Positions 48,518 through 63,500 of a DNA stretch of 64,000 nt are shown one piece after another (the first letter of the stretch is position 1; each line of letters opens with the position of its first letter). The DNA lies in assembly GCA_053919585.1 (NCBI GenBank), contig CM132786.1. One strand, written 5' to 3'. The notes beneath the pieces were generated by a model, which worked only from the letters and a program-made list of their open reading frames with translations, was not told the origin of the DNA and made no database searches. Origin of the DNA: Euprymna scolopes. Lineage: Eukaryota. The position numbers and the translations under genes were made by a program.

Positions 48518-51500
48518 TGTGTGGGTGCGTGTATTTATTTATATGTGTGTATCGTAAAATAGCAATGTTCATCCAAAATTAAAGATGACTTCACTTTTCA
48601 ATTCCAACCTATTCTTAGGTAAAAAAAACAAAAACATTTCTGTTTATGTTTTTACACACAAGTTTTTCTTTGACATTTCAAAATTAAATAAAAAGCTTCC
48701 ATTTTACATGCCAAATTGTAAGATACTAACCACTTATGTGTTTATATTCCGGTATTTGAATTTATAACTCCATATTTATTTGGGAACAAACATTAAAGTT
48801 CACGGAAGGATCGTTTTCGTTTTATAAAAGCGAGTTTCGGCAATACTTTTTCATAATTGTTTAGGGATATAGTTCTTCAAATTTGGGAGATTCTATTTAT
48901 AAACGCTGCTGATAGGAACTGAGGAATCAAATTGTTACACGTTCTGCTATCATCTAATCAGGAATCACTCTTGTTAAATAAAAATTAAATCTCTGAAGAT
49001 TCCAGTACACGTTTTATTCGTGCCACCACAAGAAGGGCCTTTTGCTTTGTCGCTAGAATTTATTAAGCCCAGCATCCGTAGAAACCCGCTGAGAAAATCC
49101 AAGTTTTAATGTAATCATTTTAAACCAAATAATTTTCCGCAATTGATGCGGCTTCCTCTTCAGGTAATATTGGCAAATATATCAATTAGCAAGTGGTTTG
49201 AGATGGATAACAATGTATTTCTGATTGTATATTTTACTTTCATTACGGCAGATAAATTAGTAACAATACATGCGAGGAAGTCTTAACATCCCAATCTTGT
49301 GATTATTTGCTAAAAATAATTCATGACAAAACAACTGCGTTTTTCTTATTGTTTATCTGTTGTTTATGACATTAAATACCTGCATCAAGGTTGATTATAT
49401 CCCAGAGGTTTTTACATTGCGCGAATTTCAAATCCAGCTTGTTTTTATCTGGTTCTGTAAAGTGCTGTGTTGCATTTATTTCCCTTTCCTCATTTGTGAT
49501 TATAACATTACGATGTATACTTATACGGCTTCATGGGTAACAACATTTTAATTTTTTATTATTATTGCGTAATGAAATTGTAGTGTGCAGAGGTATTAGC
49601 GATACCATGGCACAAACGGAACGTGGAAGTTTATCGAAAAATGGCCGGCGGCGGTTGAATTAGGGAAAGATAAATCACATTAACAGAAATGCATTAAATA
49701 TCTGAGCCCAATAATGCAGATTGCGTTCATTAGATGATGTATTACCCTTGAGTTCGTGGTAATTCACTCTATTTGTCATGCTTTCACAACGCGTAACCCT
49801 TCGATATAGAACGAGGCAATCGCAAATAAAATGGTACAGCACTGATTTTATTAATGAAAGTATCAAACCGATTGATATTTTAATGGTTTAAAATGCAGTT
49901 ATCAAGGTTTCTGTTACATAAATCAAAGTGATATATACTCACTAAATAAAGAATACCGTACGCCAAGACAATCTGATAAAGAAAATAATCTACGTTATTT
50001 ACATTTCTAGATATTTTCAAGCATGCCTTCTTACTCAATCAGCAGTGATTTATGTCTGTTTCGAAATCGAGTATTTATCTCTTATGTAAATACCATACGT
50101 GAATCTAAAGCTGCTTTTAAAGCTAAACAATAAGTCTAAAAAATAAACGATTTTGAAATGAACGTTGATGAATAATTTTGAATTTTACGTGTTTTAACAA
50201 AAAAAAAAGTTTTTTACAAAGATAGGTATCAGATACAAGATGATGTATTTTACAGATCAAGAAAAACATCAGCGTTTAATATATGAAGTAGAGGCTTGCC
50301 TTCTATTATAATCCAACTATGTACTTGATGATATGTAACACAGCGCCAACGAACTTATAAGCGCAGTAACAAAATGCACCGCATACAAATGACCAACCGT
50401 GACTGAGTTGATGTCACAGGGCTTGAGGAAAGAAAATAAAAGGGGTCAACCATATAAACGTGGCCAAGAATGGTATAATGTTGACTTTTTCTGTTGTTCC
50501 TGGCGTTCGGGTCGGGATCAAAGTGTAGTATCTGTCCTGCAGATGCTGCACTTAAGGTAACATGTACCAGTCAATTGAGGGGAAGCTCTTTATACTGGGA
50601 CAATTATTATTTTTGGTAACCAGAGTGCCCCCTTTTTGCCTACTTTTACGGGAGCTGTTTTTTGCCCCACATTAAAAACGGCCTTGTGCCTAATTTGCTT
50701 TGGTAGGGAAACAAATAAATACAATAAAAAGACGCGTTACACAGGTTTCTCGGAGGCCAAAGGGAAATAGGTGTCCAAAGCATAGCCGGAAAAATACACA
50801 GTATCACGCATTAAGCACAGGGGATTAATGCCAGAAAGAGCATATTACGAGAAGACTGTTGAACAATAAATAAGACTTTATATTTCAAGAATCTGTAAAT
50901 AAATGACAAATGTTCCAGCTCAAAAATGCGCCGAATGCCTTCTTATTCTCAGTTTCCTCTAGTCTCTCTACAAAGTGCGGGTGGGTCGCAAATGTTCCCC
51001 AATGCGTTTTCTAAAGTTTTTACTAAAATTTCAAAGAAAGTGTTAATCATACAAGTTATATACAAGGTTTTATCACAAAATAACATAATATATATGCAAT
51101 GCATTTGCTTTAATATAAGTGTAAACTGTGCAAAAAAAAATCGATAACTAGATAGAAATTTGCCAATAAATAGCAAACACGTTACAGTGAGAAAAGTCGT
51201 TCATGAAACAATGAAGAAATTAGTTATTAGAGAAAATATTAAAACACTTACAGAGTTACCAACGTGATAATCTTTTATATGTATAACGTAATAGACTCAA
51301 ATATAATAGATGCATTCGTATCCAGAATATGTAAAAGTGGTATTTTCAGGTGCAGATGTAATAGAGGCATATCATTCTTCCGACAATGAAATTCACACAT
51401 CAATATAATACAAATACTACACCAAAAACAGCGTATACCAACTATAAAATGTCGTGGAACAAAGTTATTAGGAACAAAGTTATTTGAACATGGTAACATT

Positions 51501-53748
51501 CTTTAATATATACTGCTCTATACAGTCTTTCCAACAAATCTGTGACTTTATTAGTATTATGTATATTATATACTTTTTCTGGTTACTTGAGTCCGACCAA
51601 CTGTTCCCTACTTTCGTTTAATCGGTGTTCTCATATTATTAGTTTTAATTCATTTTAATGTTTATAGTTTTATATTACTAAGTTGAGCATATCAATTTTC
51701 GTCATTTTATTCTCTGAAATTAGTTTGTAATATATATAATCAACACATTATATTTGTAGCAATGCTACAATTTTCTAGTAATGGATTTCAATGAAACTGC
51801 AATTAATGTAGTAATGGTTGTTCAATAAAACAAGTGAAAAATTGTTGGCAATATAAAAAATATGTAAAAATACAGCGCATTATATTTCAGCTTGAATGAA
51901 ACTTATCTCAAATTAATAAAAAAAGAAACAGTTCTTTACAGGGGAAAGCCTCCAAAATTAGATCCAATGTGGTGATGCATATAGTCTGTTTGGAAGTTTC
52001 AAAGCAGCTGAAGTAATGAAAGAGCGGTTTATCTCGAATCAGATGGGATCGAAGAACGAAAAGAAGAGAACAGCAACATAACATTCTTAATTAGTGATTT
52101 CAGACTAAATTTTAAATTATTAAGATTAGGCTAAAAAAAGACAAGCACGTGAAATTTTGTATTCATCTAACTGGATATTGTCTAGATAGAAAAAAAAACG
52201 ATTCTTTTTCTTAAAAATATTGCAATTCGATGTCACTATAAAACGGGTTGGGAGTTAGGAGTAGAAAGTTATAAGCGTGGCACAATCTTAGAGTTAAAGG
52301 AATTTTAAGGATGTCCAAAAACACATGATTTTTATTATGATGATGATAATGACGACAAAATAATAAAAATAAATATGATATGAATATAATTATAAAAAAA
52401 ATAATAGTATTATATATTAAAATAATATAATAACAACAATTATAAAAATAATAATATAATAATAATAATAATAAATGCAATGTAATGTTAATAATAGAAT
52501 TGTAAATAATCATGTGCAATAATAATAATAGTAATCATATTATCAGTAAAACCACTAGCAATCATTGCATTTTTAGTAATGACAGTATCAATTTTAGTAG
52601 AATGAATGGTAATAAAAATGGCAATAATNNNNNNNNNNNNNNNNNNNNNNNNNNNNNNNNNNNNNNNNNNNNNNNNNNNNNNNNNNNNNNNNNNNNNNNN
52701 NNNNNNNNNNNNNNNNNNNNNNNNNNNNNNNNNNNNNNNNNNNNNNNNNNNNNNNNNNCATAATAGCGGTAATATTCATAGTGATATCACGTGTTGATAT
52801 TATTTTATTGATCTTTATTCTAATTTTAGTTTGATTTTAATTACATATCCAACATGTTTTCACTTGTTCTTTTTTTGGATATTTATGACTACAATAAATT
52901 GCGATTTGACATAATGACATAACTTAAAAAATCGTGCATTGTTATGAATATAAGTTCCTGATTTCTCTCGGTCCTCTGATTAGAAAAATAGCAAGAATAT
53001 CATTATTATAAGGACTTTATGAATTGTTTTAGGAGTAGTCAGTCGAACAATAATTTTGTATCGAAAAATTCAACGTACACTTAATTTTCTTTCTCTCATA
53101 ATAAACTCCACTCTCTATTGCTTATTGAAGTTCTTTAATCGGTTGGGATTAAATTATCTGTATATAAATACTGGTATTTATATTAGATTTTAGTTTACCA
53201 TTGCGTATATCAGGTAAACACTACATACTTTTGAATTCATTACTTAAACGAAACGTAATGTTTAGTGTATTCGAACCCATGCGAAGTTATATATTTTGTT
53301 GAAGCCGCGGAAAACTGGTGCACAAAATTAAAGAAAAAGGATGGAACTTCAAAAGTGAAGATAGAACGACGGCATGACGAATATGCATGCGTAACGAAGT
53401 AGCTACGATTCAAGTATTAATTCATAGACTTGCAGCAAATATTCGGTGATTATCATCCGATCAAGCGATACGCCTGATACCCCTGCTAGTATAAAAACAA
53501 ATAAGAAATCTGCATTAATTAAAAAACACATTTAGGTGTATTTTCTGACCGGGCANNNNNNNNNNNNNNNNNNNNNNNNNNNNNNNNNNNNNNNNNNNNN
53601 NNNNNNNNNNNNNNNNNNNNNNNNNNNNNNNNNNNNNNNNNNNNNNNNNNNNNNNNNNNNNNNNNNNNNNNNNNNNNNNNNNNNNNNNNNNNNNNNNNNN
53701 NNNNNNNNNNNNNNNNNNNNNNNNNNNNNNNNNNNNNNNNNNNNNNNN

Positions 53749-54108
53749 CACCCACTGGTGTTTCATCTTTTCGGGAATTATCAGTGCTGGGTGTCAACGA
53801 TCATCACACGTCGATAGATTTGAACCTTGCAACGGAAGGAATATTATCTTTTAAATCTTGTTCATCTAATCATATGATGGTCTGCACATATCCGCTTAAT
53901 TGACTTACTTTTGTTTCAACTGAAAATGCACAACCATAAGAAACGAATTTCTTTAGGAGGCTGACATAATTATTTACTATTATAATTATTAAATACTTAC
54001 AGACACTAGTGATTCATCCTTTTGGGAATCATCTGTGCAGGGTGTCACGATTAACACCAGACGATAGATTCGAACTTGGCAACAGAAGCAAGCTCTTGCT
54101 TCGTTGGT
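53749..54108 (-). mobile_element. Two tandem degenerate copies of tRNA-headed hammerhead family A
   Basis: 53749-53990 and 53991-54108 match 4551-4876 (AGACACTAGTG.TTCATCCTTT.GGGAATC, GATTCGAAC, AAGAAACGAATTTCTTTA.G.GGCTG). Cores are mutated (CTGATAA/GGG; CAGATGA/GAATC). Abuts an N gap. Confidence 0.85.
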
Positions 54109-55968
54109 CTATGTTAGGTTATATGTATTTCTCCGGATTTTATATCAATTTTGGGGAAATTAATTTTTAAAACATTTTTCTTACATTTACGGTAAAGAAT
54201 ATTTCTGATATATGTCAATCTTTGTACGAAATATTCGCCAACAATTTATATGAGCTCCATAAGCTTTTCAGATGTTGTTATTACGTGGTAAATCGCTGAT
54301 CTCCATGATATTTGTAGACAAAAAAATCTTTATTACCATTTTTTCATCTAGTGGATAAAGATAATATTTTATATGTAATCGTCGTTAGCATCGCTGTGCA
54401 TAATTCAAAATGGTGCAATAATGGATACTACCGCATTATAATGAAAATTTATCATGACATTTATAACTACACTATATCAAAATTGTCATTTTTAGATAAT
54501 TTACCGGCTTTATTATGATATTCTTTATTACAAATAACTCTGACTATATATTAAAATGAACTCAGTATTCGAAACACAACTGAATTCCTGGCCTATCTAA
54601 TGCATAGTGCTCTTTTCAATGTGTGATTTTGCGTCTAGTAACAGCACTTGACCCAGCGACTTTATAACACCCGAGGCCTGTGTGAGTAGATCGGCCTACG
54701 CAGCCATTTGACGACCATCAGATGGCCAGTCTCAATCTCACCGACGGAAGAACAATCATATTCTTCTTGAATAATTGCCGATGAGGATGATGAATAACAG
54801 CACTAAGATTGAACTTCACCTATATTGATTGCTATTTTTTTTTCTTTTTTCAAACATAGAGATGAAGTAAAATAGTACTATGAGATAATTATCTGGGTTA
54901 ATTGACCGTCGTATTGATGTAATCACCTTTTTATAGATAAACATGACATCTCGTAAACAGGAGGCTATTCTTCCATCTCATAGAATATCAACACCAGAGA
55001 GGGACTCTCCAGTTTCATTTTGTCGGATATATGATTCAAGTAGATCAGGCTCTAAATAATAGTTTCTAGACTTATAATGCACAAAACTTAGTTGTTATCG
55101 TTATTTTCCTTTTGTAAAAATAATTATTCAATATTTTTCAATTCATAAAAGTAACAAAAATTATAACTTACATGTTCTGTTTCTCTGACAACAGCAAAAG
55201 AATCACACCATCCAGAAGCAATATGAATAATAATTATACATGTTATAAAGCGTTTTCAACCTATAAAGTGTATGTAAACAAAAAAACATTTTGTATAAAA
55301 TAACCGATGATTTTTCTGCCGGAAAACAAAACAGAAAAATATAATGAATAAGATGTAGTATTATATTCCATTTTAAATTTTCTTTACATGATGTAAAAGT
55401 AAACGAAAAAGACTTTACCGTTAAAATCGAAAAATGAAATAAATACTTCATTTTGCGTAGAATAGGGTCTTTCACTGTCTAGGTCCATGTTTAAATAGCG
55501 TCTATATTTTATTATATTTAATCATACCTTACATCCTCTAACTTAAAACTAAAACTAAAATGTATCTTTAATTTAAATATGTCGAAATAATTAAAGCGAT
55601 TAGTATTAGAAGTGCATTTACTTCCGTTTGACAACATTCCCAAAACAAAACCCGATTTTATTGTAAGTCTGGAAACAATGGCAACGGTTGAAATAGATGT
55701 GTTTGATATGTGCATGTTATTAGTCCCTTAAGAAATTTATAGTAACAATATTTTAAAATTAATTAAGTTGAGGTTAACAATTTTTATGAATTGAATTTAA
55801 TTAATTACTGTTACTATCGACGGACATATATAATATACAGAGAAAATGATACAGTAAAAATCAATAAAGATACTACATATTAGTTCTTATAAATTGTTAC
55901 AAAAACTGAATGAACATATTTGCATTTTGTATTGCAATTCATATTAATACAGATATATGGGTATATAT

Positions 55969-56025
<57 letters not shown>

Positions 56026-57699
56026 TGTGTGTGTCTGTGTGTGTGTTTGTGTGTGTAATTCCAGCATATTATCTTGAATATCTCATTAAGAAAAACGTAG
56101 ACTGTTTTTATTAAAATATATGAGAGTCAAATTTATAGAAAACATTAGCATTACTTTACTTATGTATGTGTATAAAGAGTATACTAAACGGGGGCTAAAG
56201 ATTTATTATATTATAGTATTTCCTATGTTTGATAGTGTTAGTAATTCGAAAGATAAATTAATCATTTCACACCATTCATAATTTATTTGGATGAAACTAA
56301 GAGGAAATTGTGAAAATGTCTCATGCTTGCATAAGTCGATAGACTTTGGTGCATGTCTGCTTCGATCAACTCTGAAGAGTCTACATCGCAATTACTTATA
56401 ATTCCTATGCGCGTGTCCTGCGGTGGCGTGTCATATTTGTTGTAGGTATTCCGGATGTGACATGCGAATTCCAAGCAAATACAACTAGTAATAAAAGAGC
56501 GGCAAGAAATAGAATTAAATCGAAACAAAGAGAGAGAGATAAGGAAAGAGAAATACAGTGATTTATTGGATAGGATTGAAGGCCTTGACCCGTACATTGA
56601 GATATATGACGTCAGTAGTTAGCGTCATTTCACGCAATGAAATTTACTAAATGTAGAACGCTCAACGAAATTGAAAAACAAATGTAATGGCAAGAACCAA
56701 GTGACCGCAATTGCGCTGCCGTGCAACACGTCAGATTGAATAAAAGTACATTAATCAGGGTTGTGCCACCGATTGTGACGGAGTAAAACAAAGATAAAAG
56801 TAAATAAAATTTAAGCAGAGTAAACACATTTTTCCTAGCATGTGTATTAAAGTTAATAATTCGTTGTAAATAATATTACCTTGGTTTTACAATTTTATGG
56901 TCTGATAATTGACGCACAAAGAATGAATGTTATTGCCAGACACGGCAAAACATTCTTTCGAATTACAAGTAAATATTATGCAAAATAATACACGTTTCAG
57001 GCCTTTTTTTTCTGTGTCTCCCATAAAAGCAAAATGAGCACAACATCAAGAAGCAATATAAAGTATTGTTTTGAGTATAACATTATGAGCTAATCCACTC
57101 ACTTGTTTTTGATATACCTCGTATTTTTCAGGAGCTTACTCGACTACTCATTGATTCATTTGTAAATATCTCTTAGACTTTTTTTTCTCACAACTTCTTC
57201 TAAAATGTGTAAAATATTTTTCCTTTCTGTACTGGTTTATTCTGACCACCAACTAATCTCAGTAAAAAAAAAATAAATAAACTATTATAATTCGCTAAAT
57301 ATACCGAAAAATCGTGCAGGGTAGCAATACACTTTGTAAATTGATTTTACATGAAATCATCGAGTACATGGGCGAAGAATTCTACCGCCTCAGTAGTTAT
57401 CTCAGTCGGGATTTATTATTCTACTGATTTAACTGACGAATCCATGATGTTCGTACATATTTTGACAGAATACAATTTGATATTTTCCAGATTTGGAAAC
57501 ATTAATTAACCCCTCGTTTACTTGTTTTTACACGTTTAACTATCTATTACACGACGACAGAAATAATGTATGGCTAATAGCTATCTGGATTTTTGAAGAT
57601 ATTTACTTGAATCACGATGATTCACTTCAGACATGACACTACCGAGATGAGCATAGATGCTCAATGCTTTCTGAAGACTGTAAACTCACTGGAATGAAC

Positions 57700-59440
57700 T
57701 CTTCTTTTAAAATAATTTTTCACCCCAAACAAGGCACGGTGCGAGTTTAAGTAATGGGCTTCTATCGGGGACATAAGTTGCAAGAGTATTCTGAAGGAAA
57801 ATGCATCTCTTCACATTATGTTAGAATTCTGCACGTCAGTACAGTTGGGAAAGCATAATCCCAGAAGGGAGTTCAAAAGTCCAGCATGGCTGGCATAGAA
57901 CTATTTGAGTAAAAGTATTTCTTAAATCTAGGGATCTCTACCGCGAAGGAGTGAGATTTAGCTTCTTGTCGAGTTTGTCGAGGTTATTCACGGCGAGGGG
58001 GTACAAGTGTTTGAAGTTCGTCCGAGCATTCACCATTAAAGTACTTTTAGAACAGGCAGAAGGAGCCACCATTTTTTCGATGGGACAGAGGCTGAAGTCT
58101 AAGAGGCAGTTCAGTTCCTTCCTGGTTGGGGACTGTTTTTGAACCCTGTGAAATAATGAGAGACAAGTAGCGAATACATCAGCCTAACTGTTGCAATAAT
58201 ACTCCACGCATGTCCGAATGGTGGCCTTATAGAGATACACGATACTTTCAGACTAATTAGATTTCTAGCACGGTAGAGAGAGAGCGCAAACCTTCTCTGT
58301 AGCAGCTTGGCAATTCTTTCAATGTATTCGTTCAAATTCATGTCCCCTGTTAACGTTGGACCGACGAGTATTTACGAAGAATTTTCGGGTAATGTGTTCT
58401 TGGGCATTGCTATGTATGGTAGGGAAGGTGTTTTTGTAAATATTGAAGAAAACAATCTAAGTCTTAGCAGCATTAAATGTGACGATCTATTTTTGTCTAC
58501 ATTGCTATACAGATTTGAGGTAATCTTCTAGTGTTTCTTCCATGGCATTAGTTATATGTTTTTTTTTGTTTTCCCCTGAAATTGTCATTGAGAGTGATAC
58601 CATCAGTAAATATACCCATCTCAGAAACAATTTCATCTGGGAAGTCATCTTTGAATGTCAAGAACAATAAAGGCCCAAGGATAGACCCCTGATGTAATTC
58701 CGCATTTATATCATATTTTTAGGTGTATGACCGTCTATGACAACCTGCATTTTTCTCTTACGTTAGGATTTAATTACATTATGTATTCTTCCAGTGATAC
58801 CATATGATCTAATTTTGCTTAGAAGAGCATCGTGCAATACCCTTTCAAAAACCTTAGATAAACCCTCGCATGTTTTGTCTAGTGTACGGTGTATACGTTC
58901 AGAAATTACAGTTAAGATAGCTGTTGGTGAACGGGTTTGGCTAAATCCATATTGATTGTGGGTTAGGACGAGAGCTTGATTAATAAAAGACAAAACTATT
59001 TTTGCGAAAAGCTCGAGACGGCTAATGGGGCGATAATTTAATGAGTCAGATCTTTCGCCAGAATACTTTAAAACTGGTACCATAGAAGAGAGTTTCCAGC
59101 AGTCAGGAAAGCAAGATTCGGTGAAGCATCTGTTGTAAAGTTTGGAGAGGACTGGAGCAACCTCAGCGGAGCAATTTTTAAATAGCACAGCCGGGATGTG
59201 ATCGGGTTCACATGCTTTTGAGGTGTCTAGGTTTTATATGATACCACGTACCTTAAAGGCGGTTATTTTCAAATCATCTAGTGCGGCATCTGTCCGCAAA
59301 GGAAAGTCAGGGAGGGAATCGTGTGCCGGATCCAATGTGGAGTTTGAGGCAAACTTACTGGCTAGAATGTTAGCCTTTTCGGTTTCCGTGTAAACAACCT
59401 TATGAGTGTTTGGTAGTGGGGAATCATTGACTAGCAATTA
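57700..59440 (-). mobile_element. CR1-group LINE RT/3' fragment, copy 3 (longest)
   Basis: KANILASKFASNSTL, SKACEPDHIP..LFKNCSAEVAPVLSKLYNRCF...FPDCWK...NYRPISRL...QYGF, HQGSILGPLLFL.FKDDFPD, IRPPFGHAWSI. Confidence 0.9.
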
Positions 59441-59819
59441 TTTACTACACTGTTGTAGACTAGAGAAATTACATACAAGCTAGAGAATATTTTCAGATAA
59501 TACTAAAAGTACTCATTGAGTTAATCATGCGCAATTCATCTAAAACGTCATGATTTACGAATGCGCGTCGTCAATAGTTGCCATGGTTGATCCCATTTGT
59601 TCAAACTGGGTCAAATGTTATATTTAGATGCCTACATTTCGTGGCTAATCATTGTAATTTTGTGTTGGATACTAAGGGTAGCCAATTGTAATCTACATGT
59701 ATCCCAGCATAATTAGGCTCCGTCCGTCAAATCAATAAAAAATCAAAAATGGTTGCCAATCAATTTTTACGGATGGCAGAATAACAATATAAAGGGTCCA
59801 ATCTTTCTTGATCTTAACC

Positions 59820-60560
59820 GGATAGATTATTATGTTGAGGCGCTGCCGGGTCTGATACCAATAACCGGTGTAATGCGAAAAGAGGTAAGGCAATAGAGAG
59901 AATTAGTGTGTATTTGAAGCTTTTGCAAAAGAAATGTGTAAAATCACTATACTCCAGGTTTATTACCCTGATTGAAGCTGCAATACACGCAAATATCTGT
60001 TATTTTGTGAAAATTTCATCGACAATTGTTTAGTATCCTTACTTGATGAAAGTAGTAACATTGCATATATGTTATTTCCTTTTTCTCTATTTTGTTAGAC
60101 CTGTAAAATATGTCTTGAATATGCTGTACGGGCTAAGATGGAGCAATGTTGCTTAACCTAAAAATTATCATATTGCTTGCCTACACAGAGTGTAAATCTG
60201 GCAAGTGACGGTATTTTCTCTTTTCCGATATCTAATTCTTACAGTAGAGCTTTTGCGTCTTCAACTATTCTTTCGTCATTTACACAGCAGGATATAGACT
60301 GCGTTTAAGCCTCTGCTCACCTCTATTAGGCATTTACTGCAATCAAACGGACTTCTCCAACCATTACCCGTGTTTGTCTCTTAATTTAAGATGTGTCTAA
60401 AAGCAAACTAATATTCTATTAGTCGAATTGCTTTTCCTAGACCTGGTCATCTATGACGCACAATGGCAAAGAAGTGCTTCCCAACTCCCTGCCAGATTTT
60501 GCTTCCCAGTCCAACGCAAACAAATTCTTAATTCGCACGTTTTCTAATATATTTTCACTC
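59820..60560 (-). mobile_element. Highly decayed DNA transposon protein of the 'EEAD...DTD...LHAxxGCD...LPPT' type (Chapaev/CMC-like; tentative)
   Basis: Minus fragments in the expected order: VGEVRLIAV (cf. EEADxR), IVEDAKALL (cf. xEDTDV), LPDLHSV (cf. LPxLHA), and SLLP...HRLLVS/YQ near 59860-59900. Confidence 0.3.
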
Positions 60561-63500
60561 CTATTGAATTTCACACATAACAAAAAGGGATGGTGTATAC
60601 TCACGGGACGCAATTTACTCTTATTTTCATGTGTTTATAATATAATGCAAATTTTCTCATAAAGTAAAATTGTAAAAAATGAAATTCTAACTTTTCCTGA
60701 CTTGGATTTAATGGTGTTTCTTATTGGTGCGGTATTCTATCTCGTTTAGTATATGCAAAGGATTTGAAAACGTTACTGGCTCAGAAATGTGATACGTTTT
60801 CTTACCATTCTTCTAATTTGATTGAGAAGTGAAAACTAAATGATGTATTTACCTCGCTAATAATATCAGGGGCAGGAATTATTATTGTTTTCAATATCAT
60901 GGCACTTAGTTACACATACTAAATATAAAACTTACACACTATCTCCTATGTGATTGAGATTCATCGTGTTTTTTGTGTTTTTGCATACGTGTTTAAGAAA
61001 TGCAAAACCAACAATAAATATAATTTTAAAATTGTAGACCGGTGTTATAGGCCAACATAATGCAGAAAACAGTGAATTGATAGCCAGAAGATACATTGAC
61101 ATATTTTTAGAAATTAAGTTTTTTTTTTAAATTTAATTAAACAATAGATACCTGGTGAAATTCTTGTAAGGCTATACTGTGTAAAGTCTAAAAAGGCAAT
61201 GATTCATTATCACTGATATAAGTCAATATATTGCAGGAAGAATATGAATGTTCCCTGCTTCTAAAACCAAGCAAGAGATCGTTCACTCATCGAGATGATT
61301 AAGTTACTCCAAGCTAAGAAAGGTATTGGGTAGATACAGAATGTGGAATCATGACCAGCGTATTATGACAGGTTTCTCCCACATATTCCTGTAGTACTCT
61401 AAAGTTTTATCATTTAGTCAATTTCTTTCTGATCAACTTACACTATGCAGCTTACTTAAGAGTTTACTACGAGTTCGTTGTTGAGTTCTGAAACAGAATT
61501 ATTTGTAGTTCATACGAACAAAGCATAAATATCTTCCAGTTAGTTTTGCTACTTTCAAGGAGAAATCGGCTTTGAAACTTACTCGTATTTTTATATGAAT
61601 TGACATAATCTCCGATAAGGTTCATACTTTTGATCCATCCGTCTTCATACTTGTGGTTAAGTCAGCTCGACCTATCGGTTTAAATTCTTTCTTTAAATAA
61701 AACATATTCTCCGTCTTTACAAAATAATTATTATACATTTTATTTACTATACTTCTGCAAAATATTATGTATTTTACTAAAAGTATAGTATGAGGACGGT
61801 TTTAATTTTTGTAGTAGTATCTATGAGGACCGTTTAAAAATTATTTTAATTGAGACAGTTAAAAAGCTAAGAAAACGAGGGGTAGAATAACAACGAACGA
61901 GTGTATGCCCCCAGCATGTATGCTATACATACTTACAGCCGTTCTACGTATACTTTTGCCAGTCGTGACCGATGACTGTAAATGTGTGTCTGCAGCAGCA
62001 CATTTTGCCATACAAAGACTCTCTCCTTTTTTTGCACAAAACACCTGAGGGCTACGAGGGCGCGAGTGATATAAGTAATGAAAAAATATATATTTTCTGC
62101 CAGGGAATGTATTTTTGCATAATGAAAACCATGCTCTATGCCAGGAGATCAATAATCTATATGTTTCAGACGCACAAAGAAGATAGGGTACTTTATAAGC
62201 GTCCAACACCGTTAGATTCTGCAACAGAGAGATAAAACTTCAGACTTTGGATGATTTAGGTAAATGACTATGAGATTTTAACTAATTATTTAAATACTTT
62301 TTTGATGAAAATGGTTTCTTATATAAATTCTACTTCATATAAGATAAATTATAAATTTTACACATTTCGGATGCATTGTTCTATCTTTATTTAGGGAATT
62401 GTTCGGGAAAAATAAATTATATGATGTTTCCTTAGCTGTATTTCCTTTCGATGATAAAACACCGTCTATATTGTGTAGACGTAGGAACACTATGCGTTAA
62501 GTCCCTACATTTAATATGTGTTACAGAGATGTCATTTTCCTCGAAGTTACAAGGATTTAATTCACTAAATAAAAATGTAGTATATGGATTTTAAGAATAC
62601 CTAGGAGGATAGAAACTAATATCTGGATTATCTTTTAAAACAGGTGTTTAACATTTAAAACAATATATTTGAAAAAAAATGTAATTCGCCTAGAAAACCA
62701 CCGAGAACCTAGAAAAACACGTATATGCTGAAGACAGAACATAGGTTCAATTATTCTCCTTTTAATATTGTATCTTTATTGTATTTTAATATTATATCTC
62801 TATTTTATTTTAATATAATATCTTTATTGTAAATGTCTCGAAAGAAAACTTTTACTCCTTCAATACTTATAAACAAATGAACCCGCTTGGCATTAAACGA
62901 ATGCATAACATATTGTTTTGTCCAATAAAAAATAACAATAACTCAAATTGTAATATCATTTAGTTTATAATAGTTTTACTAGTTGCGTTATATGTACAGA
63001 GTCATAATTTGAATTTAATCAGGAGTAATTTATATAAAATAATTTTAATTTCTTCTAATCGCAGCTTTTGAAACATACACGGATTTTAATTATGATAATT
63101 CTTAGTGTATTATATGTTTTAATCATTTCTTCATCATATACTCATTTATTATAAAACCTAGACCGTAAACTAATATGTTAGTACGCAGATCATAAAACAA
63201 CCAATTGACCAGGTTGTATTATTCAATATTTTACTCCCAATAAACATATATTAGATACATTTTGAATTAGCGCGACATATTATAAGACGTACGAGAGACG
63301 CTTAAAAGGTAGTGTTTCGTACGTTTTAATGTCCAGAATAAAGCATAATTGTTAGAAAATCGCATTGTTATGATGACAAGACTTATGAGATAATAGCATG
63401 AAAATGTCGACGTTGTGATTGTTTAAGTCATTGTCTTTCGTCAGAATGTGGAGGGTACCATATCTTTACGGTAAAATTTGCATTGAGAAAAGTTTCTGAC

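Noticed and set aside
61859-62235. Host CDS in overlapping ORFs 61859-62224 / 61972-62235
   Set aside because: No recognisable domain, no clear splice structure; length is compatible with chance in a locally GC-richer patch.
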